Below are positions 1-12,149 of a DNA stretch of 59,652 nt, piece by piece; positions within the stretch are counted from its first letter, which is position 1, and each line of letters opens with the position of its first letter. Source of the stretch: Octopus bimaculoides. Its lineage: Eukaryota. The stretch lies in the NCBI RefSeq assembly GCF_001194135.2, contig NC_068994.1:41987028-42046679 (forward strand), read 5' to 3'. The position numbers and the translations under genes are program-made. The notes beneath the pieces were generated by a model. It saw only the letters and a list, made by a program, of their open reading frames with translations. It was not told where the DNA came from and made no database searches.

Positions 1-22
1 TATATATATGTATATATATATG

Positions 23-77
<55 letters not shown>

Positions 78-110
78 GTATGTATATATGTGTATATATG
101 CATATCTGTG
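1..110. repeat. (TA)n/(TG)n microsatellite
   Basis: Direct inspection. Confidence 0.95.
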
Positions 111-265
111 AGTGTATGTATCTTTATTTATTTATGCATGCAGTCATATACATGTTGACAGAGTCACACGCGTACATACCTTCATAATAAATTTATTTTA
201 AATTAAAATTATTTTATATGTAACAAATATTTATAGTTTTCTTTTTTTTTTTTGTTTTTGAACAG

Positions 266-290
266 AGAATTTCAGATATATCAATTCAAT
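266..290 (+). CDS. Putative 25-nt internal coding exon (xEFQIYQFN), unknown gene
   Basis: Acceptor ttttttttttgtttttgaacag and donor AAT|gtatgt; the phase 2->0 reading joins in frame to exon 3200-3236. Confidence 0.5.
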
Positions 291-1210
291 GTATGTTTTT
301 AAGTTCCCACAAAATATATATGAAATATAGATCAGATGAAACAATAGAGCATTTTAAATAATGTGTGTGTGTGTGTGTGTGTGCATGTGTGTAAGAGTAT
401 TGTTTATGTGAATATGAAAGAGCATGTGTATATGCATACATTAGTAATTTATCAAGTTTTGAAAAAACTCACAGCAATAGAATCTAAGATAAATGTGGAG
501 ACAGAGGTATAATCTCTGAATCGAAGCAATGAGAAAAAGCACAACACTCTTTCATTCTTTGAAAAATCTCTATTGTATATCAAATTATATATTTAATATC
601 ATATTGAGTTCTAGTTACTCACAAAGACTCTCTATTCTCGACTCATCTATTATAAAATGGCCAAGGTGTCAATATGATATGTGTGTGTGTGAGGGGGAAA
701 TATTTTCTCCTAGTATATGTTTCCATGGGATTTTTTTGAAGCGTACAAATGGTCGGTTATTAAATGTTGATTCCTATAAGTAGGGAGATAAATGATTCAA
801 AAGATGAGATTTTAAGGCTAAGAAGATACTTCTTTGGGTTCTTTTATTATGATTATTATTTTGGTTCTTTTTTTTTTTTTTTGGTAGCAGAATAAAATGT
901 CGAAAAATATATAAGATATATAAAAATATATAAAGAAGACAAAAAGAAATAAATGAGACACAGGAGAGAAGAGAAAAGAAATTTGGTAAGAATTGATTGC
1001 TTAAAGAAGAAATCAAGCCGGAATAGGGGTGGGGAAAAATGTAAGACTGAGCCAAATTATTGGCATACAGAGCTAAAAAAAAAAAATATAAGAAAAGCGA
1101 TAGAGGAAAAGTAAATGCTTGAGTTGAGCTGTAGAAAGGGAAAAAATGAAGAGGAAATAAAAACAGAAAAACAAAGCAGTTTTCCAAACAGAAATATAGA
1201 AGGAATTCAT

Positions 1211-1211
1211 C

Positions 1212-1283
<72 letters not shown>

Positions 1284-1390
1284 CATCATTATCATCATCG
1301 TTGTTGTCATAATCATTGTCATCGTCTTCATCATTATCATCATCATCATCATCATCATTGTTGTTGTTGCTATCATTATCATCGTTATAA
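1211..1390. repeat. (AAT)n grading into (CAT)n
   Basis: Direct inspection. Confidence 0.95.
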
Positions 1391-1394
1391 GATA

Positions 1395-1605
1395 CATTTG
1401 TTAGATCATTGGAGAAAATGCCTTGCAGTTATTTGTTCCAGCTCTTTGAGTTCTGATCTAATATCCTGCCGAGGTCAATTTTACCTTCATCTTTTCAAGG
1501 GTCAAAGAAGATAAAAATATCAGCTAAGTATTGGGTTAGATGTAATCAACTTATTCACTGCCTCTGTTACAATTGTTGGCTTTGTCACTTAATCAGAAAC
1601 AATTA
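1395..1605 (+). mobile_element. Old family A-related SINE
   Basis: CCTGCCGAGGTCAATTTTACCTTCATC motif, reverse complement of the family A core. Confidence 0.6.
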
Positions 1606-1639
1606 TTATTATTTGAGGTGCCATCTGGGCTTGTAGTTC

Positions 1640-1990
1640 CGACTGATCATTTTCTCTCCTACATGAAGTTCATCTATGGCAACAGTCTGCTTGCTCCTCG
1701 ACCCCTTCATTTCTTTTATATTTTAATCCTTCATCGTCTCACATAAAGATCTCTCCCATTATTCTGGATTTTGTCATTTTGCAAGCTTCATGACGATTTC
1801 ACCAGTGCCGGTGGTTCAAAAATATGCTTGCGATATATGCTGTAAAGTGGTTATGGTTAGGATTAGGAAGAGCATCCAGTTGTAGAAATCATGACAACGT
1901 AGACATTAGAGCATGAAGCAGTCCTTGAACTCATAGGATCCTGTCCAACCATTCATCCCATGCCAGCATGGAACATGGCTGCTGAATGAT
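1640..1990 (+). mobile_element. Old GAT-tailed RTE-related 3' fragment
   Basis: GGATTAGGAAGAGCATCCAGTTGTAGAAA and CCCATGCCAGCATGGAA motifs shared with 24828-25000; runs into a degenerate (GAT)n. Confidence 0.65.
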
Positions 1991-2190
1991 GGTGATAATG
2001 ATGACGACGACGACGACGACGATGATGATGAAAAGGACAAGAATGATGAGGATGATTGTGGTGGTGATGATGACAACAGTAATGACAGAGGCAACAATGA
2101 CAACCATGATGAAAGTCATGATGCAAACACCATCACCACTACTAGTGACAATGACAATAACATGGATGTCCATAAAACATGGTCATCATT
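1985..2190. repeat. Degenerate (GAT/GAC)n tract
   Basis: Direct inspection. Confidence 0.9.
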
Positions 2191-2344
2191 TACAAGCATG
2201 TATGGCTTGATAATGAGAACTACACGCTTATTATTTGGTTAAGTGATTTAAGTGCGGATTTAGTTGTGAGCAGACATTGACACCAATTTAGCTCATCCAC
2301 CCTCAACCCAACAGAATGTCAAGGATGTGACAGCTGGAGGATAT

Positions 2345-2354
2345 ATATAGAGAG

Positions 2355-2409
<55 letters not shown>

Positions 2410-2500
2410 TAGATAGACAGACAGGCGGAGAAATGGACGGACAGACAGACAGACAGACAAACAGACAGATAGATAGATAGATAGATAGACAGACATAGAT
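2345..2500. repeat. (GATA)n/(GACA)n tetranucleotide repeat
   Basis: Direct inspection. Confidence 0.95.
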
Positions 2501-2504
2501 ATGA

Positions 2505-2760
2505 AGGTCTTCTTTTAGATTCCAACTACTAAATCTACTCACAAGGATTTTGTTTGCTAGGGCTATAGTAGATGATATTTCCTGAGGTGTTACACAATGG
2601 GACTGAACCCACACTTGGCTGGTACTCAATTTTCACCAAGTAGACTAGATCAATGTGAAATTAAGTGCTTTTGCTCTATGGCACAATGTGCCACCTGGCC
2701 TAGAATTTGAACCTATAACCTTGTGATCATGAGGCCAACACCGCAGCCACTTGACACTGC
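2505..2760 (-). mobile_element. Adjacent SINE head fragments (family B 2505-2605, family F 2620-2760)
   Basis: GGGCTATAGTAGA...GGGACTGAACCC and AGAATTTGAACCTATAACCTTGTGATC motifs. Confidence 0.65.
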
Positions 2761-3199
2761 ATCTTGACATTGAAATATGTATTTACATAGAAATACAGCT
2801 TTTGTAGATCGATAGGGAATGCACCTATTAGAAGGAAGTTTATACAGAAACCCCAAAGTCATACTTATTTGGCTAATTAACATTTACAATTCTAGTAAAA
2901 GCTTATCTCAAAAACAAAAGGAAAATAATTAAGATGAAAAATAATTAGGAAAATGATATATAAGTAAATACTAGCATTTACTTTTATTTTTAAAATGTGT
3001 ATTAAATTCCTCAGTGTTAAACATCTTTAAAACTCAAACAGATAAGAAATGCCAACAGCTTTAAAATTGATAAAATAACATGAAAATATTAAACATGTTT
3101 TAATTTTTTATTTTTTTCCATAAATACATTATGAAAGTAAGAATGCTTTTAACATTCCTGTAATTTTACTTATAAATAGTATTTACTTTTTATTTGCAG

Positions 3200-3236
3200 A
3201 ATTTTAGCTTTGAGTTTATATTAGGAAGAAATTTCT
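3200..3236 (+). CDS. Putative 37-nt internal coding exon (NFSFEFILGRNF)
   Basis: Acceptor ttactttttatttgcag and consensus donor TCT|gtaagt; only the phase-0 frame is open. Confidence 0.55.
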
Positions 3237-3328
3237 GTAAGTAATTTTCTAAGAACAAGGAAATCCGTTTCATTCAGTATTATTTTCTTACTTTATGTTT
3301 TAGAAATGTGATTGTATAGGATTATATT

Positions 3329-3486
3329 ATTTTCAAATTTTGGCAGAAGGCCAGCAAGTTCAGGGGAGTGGGTAAGTTGATTACAAAGCAAAGGTAAAAG
3401 GCAAAGTTTACCTTGGCAGAGTTTGAACTCAGAATATAAAGATGGACAAAATGCTGCTAAGCATTTTGCTCAGCTCACCACCTTAT
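3329..3486 (-). mobile_element. Family A SINE, internally deleted
   Basis: AAAGGCAAAGTTTACCTTGGCAGAGTTTGAACTCAGAA...GCTAAGCATTTT. Confidence 0.75.
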
Positions 3487-3510
3487 GAGTAGGATTATAT
3501 TGATACAGTA

Positions 3511-4491
3511 TATTGGGTTGGCAACTAAGTTCCCACCATTTTTTAAAATTTTGGAATTTATTGCGTTTTTAAATTTTGGAATCTATTTTTTCCAGAATTC
3601 TGTTTTTGAATCATTATGGAATCTATTTTGCTTTTTTTTTTCCTAGTTAATTTTAGTTAATTTTTGTTTATTTTCAGATCATTAAAATGGAATATCAAGT
3701 TAAGAAACACGAGCATTTTTGACACCTCCTTTTTGCTTTTAATCAAGGTTCTAAGGCCGCAAAAGCTGCTCGCAACATTTGTGCTGTCTATGGAGAGGGT
3801 GCCACAGCTGAAAGAACTGCTCGTGATTGGTATGCCAAGTTCAGAAATGGAAATTTTGACCTCAAAGATGCACCTCATTCTGGCTGCTCAGTTGAGTTCG
3901 ACGAAGAGCGATTAAACCAACTTTTGCCTGAAAATTCTCGTCAAACGACAAGGGAACTGGCAGGGAAAATGGAATGCTCCCACACTGCTATAGAGAAGCA
4001 TATTCACTCAATGGGAAAGGTTCAGAAGTATGGAGCATGGGTTCCGCATACTGTGGCAGCACTTCCCAGCCATGCGTTTGAATGGCTTCCTTGGTCATAT
4101 TGGCGATATGAGGGTGGGTGTTGTCATGCAGTAGAAGAACTCCATGCTGCCAATTACGTCTTTTCTCTTTAATAGTCGTGTTGAGTCATTCCATCTGTTG
4201 AACATAGAGTTCTCCATTGAATGTTTGGTTCCATTCGAGCAATTCGTAATGGTTAATCCCTTCCCAGTCCCACCATACACACAACATTGTTTTACGCGGA
4301 CAAAAAGTTTGCTTCACGCACGGTGTTGCTTGTTTACTGGGGCTAAGCCATTCCTTATGCTGCTTCATATTGATGTACAGGCACCAATTTTTGTCGCCAG
4401 TAATGATTCGGTAAAGAAATTGTTGCTTGTGTCCATGAGTTGAGTGGTGATGAGCAAGCAAACCAGCGGAGATTGTGGCTCGTTGATTTTT
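3511..4491. mobile_element. Decayed mariner (Tc1/mariner) transposon with left TIR and internally inverted transposase
   Basis: TA then TIR-like TATTGGGTTGGCAACTAAGT at 3511; plus strand 3687-4049 reads MEYQVKKHEHF*HLLLFAFNQG...YGAWVPH; minus strand 4491-4050 reads ...IITGDKNWCLYINM...KTMLCVWWDWEGINHYELL...LLLHDNTHPHIA...WEVLP. Confidence 0.92.
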
Positions 4492-5131
4492 GATGATGAT
4501 GATGCAGACACTCCAAACACCCTTGACACCTTACTTATCATCAGGCCCAGCCTTTATCAAACTGTCACCATCTCCTAACATATTGTATCATCAAAGTCAC
4601 CTACCTGACATTCACTGAGTGTACTTCACCACAGTCCCCACTACTACCAACACCATTGCCAACTGACCTCTGTCGCATTTCCAGGAATTATGTCAGTCAG
4701 TGATCCATTAGTTTTAAGCTAACCATGTTTGCTGTTTAGGTGACACCAACCAACATGCTATATATGTCACTTTGTGTTCCTGAAACAACCAAAGCCATAA
4801 GTTCTCCATGTAGTTCACAAACGATGTGCTAGATTACTCTAGAACATCAGACATCCTATAAGAACCATCTCCACCAACACGATGGTTATTGAAACTCTGG
4901 CAAGACTATCGTCTACAAAACAACTCATTCATTTGTGTGTCAATTTGCATCTGACTCCAAAAATATACCCACTTGATAAATATCCTTAAAATGTTCCTAT
5001 TCTATAACTCTGACCTCATTACCACCACCACTGTCACCAACATATGTACGTAAAACTTTCTGTAATTATCAGAACAACAACATTGTCTTGTTAATGATTA
5101 ATAAATATTTTTCTATCTGGACTTCATACAG

Positions 5132-5190
5132 ATTTTTGTTTTTCTGTCAACCAGCCAAAATATTTTGCTGATACAGGGGATTTACCATGA
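5132..5190 (+). CDS. Putative terminal coding exon portion (YFCFSVNQPKYFADTGDLP*)
   Basis: Acceptor atttttctatctggacttcatacag; phase-1 start matches exon 3200-3236; followed by about 3 kb of repeat-poor T-rich sequence with several AATAAA. Confidence 0.35.
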
Positions 5191-5579
5191 TTTTGTAAAC
5201 CTGTTTCAGGGTGATCTCCTTTGGGATGAATTCTCTTCCTACTCTTATGACGAGTACTCAATGCTAGATTAACTATTAAACAAAAGAACTATGTGCTGAG
5301 GGCATTAACAGAAGAGTATACCCCAGAAACTGTAAATATTTAGGGTGCAAAAGAAATCACTTATTAAATCAATATTCAAAGTGTTCTTTAATTTCAAATC
5401 CAGTTTTCTAATCCTGCCATTTATGAAGAAATGATTATCTTCCTTGTATTAACTGTCTGCTTGGGGACACCGCATTTTACACAGAAAAAGAAAACCTATT
5501 TGATACAATAAAATGCTAGAAAACATTTAGATATTAGGAAATTCATTGTGATGAGCCAAGAAGAACAACCTGTTAATGT

Positions 5580-5750
5580 CATTGCTTAGCTACATCCATC
5601 TATCATTAAAGGCATTCCAGCCATAAGCATACCGTTTTAGGAGTATGTAGGATATCTGATATCTTCTGCTCTTTTATATATCGTGATATTGTGTAGTTTG
5701 AGGGAAATTTAGTGGTTAGTTCTAGCAGGTTGAGTAACAAAGCAGAGGCT
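5580..5750 (+). repeat. Dispersed repeat family E (also about 30780-30870 minus and 37870-37980 plus)
   Basis: Shared TTTGAGGG..ATTT.G.TG.TATTTCTAGC motif in three places. Confidence 0.55.
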
Positions 5751-8167
5751 CACTTGTGGTATTTTTCCAAGGTAAGCAGTGTTTCTTGAACTAGTTTTAA
5801 ATCCCCCACGAACCCAATTAACTGTCTTTGCAAATAACAAAGTGTTTGGGAAATCATGAATGCCTCATAAATTCCAATTATCTATAAATGTGAGGCCTTG
5901 TGCCAATATAAGAAATCAATATTCCTATAAATTGTTCAATAAAACTTCCATATGTCTTACAGAAACAGTTGTAGGAATGATTTATTACTTTTTCGTATTT
6001 CTTATTATAAATAAATACAAATAGTAATTGCTTGCTAGGGAGGGACTTAGAAGAATTCCATGAACCTTGTTTTCAATCAAAAATGCTCCAAAGATAATAA
6101 TTTTAGCAAAACAACATCCATAAAAAAATATATGTAAATATGAAAGATGAATAAATAAGCAAATACTACTTGAATATTTTGAAAATTTGATAACAAGGTT
6201 GGACTTTAATGAAATAACTTTTATCAAAAGAACGGAGAAATTTTATAAAAAGGCTGATTTTAATTGATCAGAAGATAAATCAATCTTTAGCCAATATCAA
6301 ATCATGGAAAGCATGATGAAGAGATAGAATGGCTTCTCTGAAAATGATTTGTAAAATGTTTTATTCATATTTGAATCTAAAATTCAATTATGCAATTTGA
6401 ATTCTAAGATAAAATTCATTCCATGCATAATTTTTCTTAACCTTGATGAATAAATGTTAAACTGAGAAAATATTGTACAAAAGTCTAGAGTTTTCCCTCT
6501 CTTTTTCTTTCTCTTTCTTTACTCTTTCTGTCCACCCCCTCCCCACCACCACTTTTCTTTTTTTGGTTTGTCATTCAGAATCTTCAACCTTTCTCATCTT
6601 TCCTATTTTTACTGAAGCGGTTTCTGTTAAATTTATGAAATGATATTAATCAGGTTTATATCCACAGTTCAAGATGGAAATAATATTTAATAACAAATTA
6701 CAATTTCATTTGAAGTATTTCAGAACATGTGAATGCTCTTTATACACTTTTTCTTTTCTTCTTCTCTTCTAGCAATTTACAGAAAGAGACTATTTTTCAC
6801 TCATAATTAACACAAAGATTATGAATTTGTAAAATGTGATACTAATTCCTTTAGTCAGTCCTTATATATGAGTAAAGCAGACTTAGAAGTTTTGCCATGG
6901 AATTTTACTAAAATTATTTATTCTGAAGTTGGCAGATGTATTTTAATATTGGTTTGGCTGTTTATATATATTTGTATTTGTCTTGCTAAAATGTTGGTTT
7001 GATTAAATACTTTATTCCACTAAATCTATACTTACTTCATTTATTCTATTTATTATAGACAGTTCTTATTATATTCATTGAAATTATTTAAACTCATATA
7101 ATATAGTTTATTCATCACAGGTGCAAATAGAATATCAATGTGATGGTTTTTGATAAATCCAGATTCTGGTTCCATGCTTTTGGCAGAATGTGATTTTAAA
7201 AACATTATTTAGTAATTAGTATGACATATAAAGAAACTTTTTGAAGTTGTAAAGTTTAGTTTATTTTATTACAAATGCAAATAGATTATCAATAATAAAT
7301 ATTTTGTGAGGAGCAAAATAGCTAGTTCTAAAACCTCTAAATGAGATATAAGTAGTAACAATACTAGACAGTAACGTCATTTTGCCACTATAACATAGAT
7401 GTTCCATAAAGAACTATGTCACTACATTTTAACCCCAGGAAAATGTCTTTTCCAGCTGGTAAGCGACACACAATCTGTGTCTGATATATTGTGAGTAAGG
7501 GAGCAAATCCCTTCCCCTCCAGCTTGGCAAGGCCAGTAGACCATGGTTTCTGGGTGTTTACCGTTCATCAGTAATGATAAATAAATGCTTCAATTTTTAC
7601 CTATAGATTATATATTCCAGACTATGCTAAGAAAATATACTTAATCTGTTTTTTCTTCAAAAGACAGCGGATTTCTTTCTATTGCAAATCATCATGTATT
7701 TTTAAAATGCTTTACTTTAAGTAATGGCTATAATGAAAGCAAGCAGTTGTGGAGTATCTATTCAACATCCACTATTCAGATGTTTGTATGAGTGGAGAGA
7801 TATACAATGGATACAGTTTATCACAACACGAGCTAACTCTCGACATTTATATCTTTGTTGTTTTGCCATTGCGTAGTTCTAGTTAGCATAGCCTGGATAA
7901 ACCAATAACATGGTGACTGTTGCTCAAATGTTTGGTGCTATTTGCAAGTTAATTTACCACGTCTTAATCTTATAGTGTTTTGATATTCCATAAAATCATA
8001 CCAAATCTGATAAGTAAACATGTCTTGTAGTTTAATTATGTTCTGATGAGTCAGTTGTTTTGGTCTAATCTAAACTTAGCATTGTGTGAAAGTATCAACA
8101 ATTTAACTTATTCTGAAAACTTATTGCTCTGCTGAAAGAAAACTTTTGTTGAATCTATAAGTGAAGA

Positions 8168-8745
8168 AGTGGAGGTGCAATGGCCCAGTGGTTAGGGTAA
8201 CGGCATCACAGTCAGAGGATCGCGGTTTCGATTCCCAGACCGGGCGTTGTGTGTGTTTATTGAGCGAAAATACCTAAAGCTCCATGAGGCTCCGGCAGAG
8301 GGTGGTGGTGACCCCTGTTGTACTCTTTTGCCCCAACGTTCTCACACTCTTTGTTATATGGACTGTTAGATTTGTTTGTTGTTCGTCTGAGGTCCCGTGT
8401 TTCAATGTAGTTCGTTTGAGGTCCTTGTTTCATTGTTGCTTTGAATGACTCTGGAAGTTGAAGGTTATTGATATATATGGCGAGGACAAGATTCTTGTTT
8501 CTTAATAACGAACATTTGGTGAGTGCGTTTTGTTTATAATTAATAAATAAATGTAATAACTAAGTTGTACAACGCATTGTCTTTTCTCTGCGAGTCCCCC
8601 GAGAAGAATACAACACTCTTTCTTCCTGTTTCTTGAGTAAAGCTGCAATGGACTGGCATTCCGTCCAGCTGGTGGGGAACACATATGCCATAGAAACCGG
8701 GCCCATGAGCTTGGCTAGGCTTTACAAAGGGGCGCATAAGATAAG
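8168..8745 (+). mobile_element. tRNA-derived SINE (family D), interrupted by a solo LTR
   Basis: A box TGGCCCAGTGG, B box GGTTTCGATTCC, V-SINE-like GATGGACTGGC motif, (ATAAG)n tail, 11-bp TSD ATAAGTGAAGA at 8157-8167 and 8746-8756. Confidence 0.85.
8352..8615 (+). mobile_element. Solo LTR (264 bp), BEL/Pao- or Gypsy-type
   Basis: TGTT...AACA termini, exact 5-bp TSD CTCTT (8347-8351, 8616-8620), internal TATA-like and AATAAA motifs; removing it restores a continuous SINE. Strand inferred from AATAAA. Confidence 0.85.
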
Positions 8746-8943
8746 ATAAGTGAAGATACTGTCATGAGAACAATGTTTTATTACTCAATATAGTTCAAGA
8801 CCAGAATTTGAATAAAATAAAAACGTAAGTCTTCAGGTCAGTTTTCAAATCTAGTTCTTCAATTTCAAGCTCAATCTTGAAACTCAATACTTTGATTTAC
8901 AATTAAGTGGTGTACAACATATGACTAGAGGTCCTTTATTTAA

Positions 8944-9142
8944 CCCTTTAGCATTCAGATTTGTTTGTCAAATTTATTGTTTATTTATTTACATTGTTTT
9001 GAATTAATCACACATTATTTTGTAGCTTCAAGATTTCAATGGTGTGATTGTATGTTTTTAGAATTGTATTGTAGGGCAGATTTGAGAGTTTAGATCATGT
9101 AGAATATCTGGGCTGAATATGGTCAGATTAAATGCAAAAGGG
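8944..9142. mobile_element. piggyBac-like MITE
   Basis: TTAA on both sides; termini CCCTTTAGCATT / AATGCAAAAGGG; second copy at 41035-41253. Confidence 0.75.
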
Positions 9143-10017
9143 TTAAAATAAATTAGTCAGTTGTGTTCATGAGAAACTTATCTTCTAAATATTAGCTTCT
9201 TTTCAAAATTAGTAGTGATGTCATCAAAAAATATATTTTAACATTTCTAAAGTGGATGGATATTTAATTTAAGTACACGGAAAGGGTGACAACTATAAAA
9301 TTTCAGTTGAACAAGCAACAAGAAAAAAATGAAAGAAAGCAAAATATTTCTGATTATTTATATACAAGAATGAATTTCAAAACTGAACAACAGATTTTGT
9401 AATATTGGTATCAAACCAAAGACGATGTCACATGAAGTTTTGAATGACAAATCACAGTGCAACCAACTTAAATAGCTGTATTCCACTCTGATGGAGGATA
9501 GAGGAATGATCTAATTGGAGAATAATTTAAACTTCAATTCAAAATTTCATGACGATGTACACATCCAACTTGCAACACAGGAACATAACAATTATGTTGT
9601 AAAGTCAAGTTATTCACAAGTTATTCAAAGTCAGAATTCTTTGTTAAAAACTAAAATGAGAAAAATGATGTATATGAAATGTACAGTTTTGTTTTTTGTT
9701 GATATTTTTTTTTTTGGTTCTTCTTCTCATTTCTTCATTATCCCCATCGCTAACATCTTCAAAATCATCATCTTTACAAACATTATATATATGTATGCAT
9801 GTTTATATATGTATATAATTTATTTGTGTGTGTGTGTATGTGTGTATGTATGTATATATGCATGTGTGTGTATGTATGTATGGATGTATCAGTTTATGAA
9901 AGGTAAATGATAGAATTTTTCTGGTGCCACTGCATATTTTTGGTGTTGCAGTTTCAATGATAAATGTTGTATCAATTTTGAAATGCCCACTGTCCCAGAG
10001 TGTGTATATATATATAC

Positions 10018-10068
<51 letters not shown>

Positions 10069-10437
10069 NNNNNNNNNNNNNNNNNNNNNNNNNNNNNNNN
10101 NNNNNNNNNNNNNNNNNNNNNNNNNNNNNNNNNNNNNNNNNNNNNNNNNNNNNNNNNNNNNNNNNNNNNNNNNNNNNNNNNNNNNNNNNNNNNNNNNNNN
10201 NNNNNNNNNNNNNNNNNNNNNNNNNNNNNNNNNNNNNNNNNNNNNNNNNNNNNNNNNNNNNNNNNNNNNNNNNNNNNNNNNNNNNNNNNNNNNNNNNNNN
10301 NNNNNNNNNNNNNNNNNNNNNNNNNNNNNNNNNNNNGAGACTTTTAGTTTCTCAATATAGATGACATATGGATCAGCCGCTTTGACAATATTTTCATCTA
10401 TTACCAGAAGAAATGTTTTCATTATATATATTTATAT

Positions 10438-10501
<64 letters not shown>

Positions 10502-10803
10502 ATAAATATATATCATCAATAAAGTCAGGAAAATTGTTCCGTGATATGCAATATTTTATGTTTCTCTTTCATTTTTGTTTCCGGAGTCCATTACATGTTA
10601 TGGGAAGCATAGATTTGTATTTCTGAGTTGCTTCTGGTCGTAAGAGACAAACATGTTGCTGGCTGAAAAATAGCAAAAGGAATAATGCGAATTAAATTAT
10701 TTTGAAAGAGAAAATCGTATTATAAATCTATAAAGACATGAAAGATCATTCAGAAACTATATAAAAAATGTTTAACTAGCATTCTATTGGTTAATGTGTG
10801 TGT

Positions 10804-10842
<39 letters not shown>

Positions 10843-11599
10843 TGTGTCCGTCAATCTGTTTGTCTAGCTGTCTTTCTATTTGTCTATTTATCCATCACTC
10901 TCTCTCCCCTCTTTCTCTCTCTCTCTCAATACAAAAGCACACACATACATATGCATACATATATACATACCTACACACACAAATGCACATACAAGCACAG
11001 ACACAGGCGTGCGCACACACACACACATGCACACTCACATATATATGATTTTTTCCAATACATAAGCTGCGTAGTTTATAAAACTGCATGAGAGAAACGT
11101 TTATTATAAGGTAAGTATATAGGTTTAGGATGGTGAGAATAATAGCAGAGGATGGTAAAGTTGACAAAATTATATAAGCATAAGAAAAATAATATAGACC
11201 CAAACATACAGGTAGAAACGATGTTATATCCAATATATTAACTGTGTAAAGAGTAAAAAAACAAGAAGAGGATGGGTCGTATTGGACATGCTTTGTTGAT
11301 AGGGTGGGGAAAAGAGCATTTAATATAGAGATGGATTTGAAAAGAATTCTTCTAATATTTATACAAAACAGAAAGGCAGGGAAAAAGGAAGAGTGAGAAA
11401 TGAGTGTATATGTGTATCAGGGAAGCATGGTCTTGTTTTCAAGCCTAGAAGAACCTGGAAAAATGTTTATTGTTAGGCAAAATTATAATTCTGGAATTGA
11501 TGTAACAGAATGATGGTGGGAGATGAAAGAATTAAAGCCAACGATAAATAACTTAAAAACCAAATATCCAGGTAGAGAGGATGTCATATTTAGCATATT

Positions 11600-11945
11600 G
11601 ATTTCAAATTTTAGCACAAGGTCAGCAATTCCAAGGGGGAGGGGTAAGTCGATTACATTGAGCCCAGGATGAAAGGCAAAGTACATATCGGTGCCATTTG
11701 AACTAAGAACATAATGTTGGAAGAAATGCCGCTAAGCATTTTGTCCATTATGGTAATGATTCTGCAAGCTACCTCCCCTATTGTATTTAATACTTTGATT
11801 TCCTATTTTGGCAGAAGGCCAACAATTTGGGGGTTGGGGTAAGTCGATTTCACCAACCCCAGTACATCAAAATGATGCATAGTAAAGTCAACCTTAGTGG
11901 AATTTAAACTCAGACTGTTTAGACAGACTAAATATCACTAATCAT
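11600..11945 (-). mobile_element. Two older family A SINEs in tandem
   Basis: TTTTAGCACAAGG...GGGGTAAGTCGATT...AAAGGCAAAGT...TTTGAACT motifs occur twice. Confidence 0.75.
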
Positions 11946-12149
11946 TTTACACACCCACACACAGATATATACATCTCTCTCTCTCTTTTTCTCTCTTGCT
12001 CTCTATATATATGTGTGTGTGTGTGTATGTATATATGTATGTATATATATATATGTGTGTGTGTGCGTGTATGAATATATGTATATATACATGCGTATAT
12101 ATATGTATATATATGTATGTATGTGTGTGTGTATATATATAATGTGACA

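Noticed and set aside
891-984. Plus-strand exon-like segment (gtagcag ... TTG|gtaaga)
   Set aside because: Stops in all three frames and low-complexity A-rich sequence
774-2629. ORFs with poly-L/I/M/T/S and SIYL repeats (and the many YI/HT/CV ORFs elsewhere)
   Set aside because: Translations of (AAT)n, (GAT)n, (GATA)n, (TA)n and (CA)n microsatellites
5850-5900. SECIS-like ATGA..AAA..hairpin downstream of the UGA cluster
   Set aside because: No 3' GA positioned to form the tandem G.A quartet
8168-8240. tRNA-like A/B boxes here and in other SINE heads
   Set aside because: No complete cloverleaf; they continue into SINE bodies, so these are not tRNA genes
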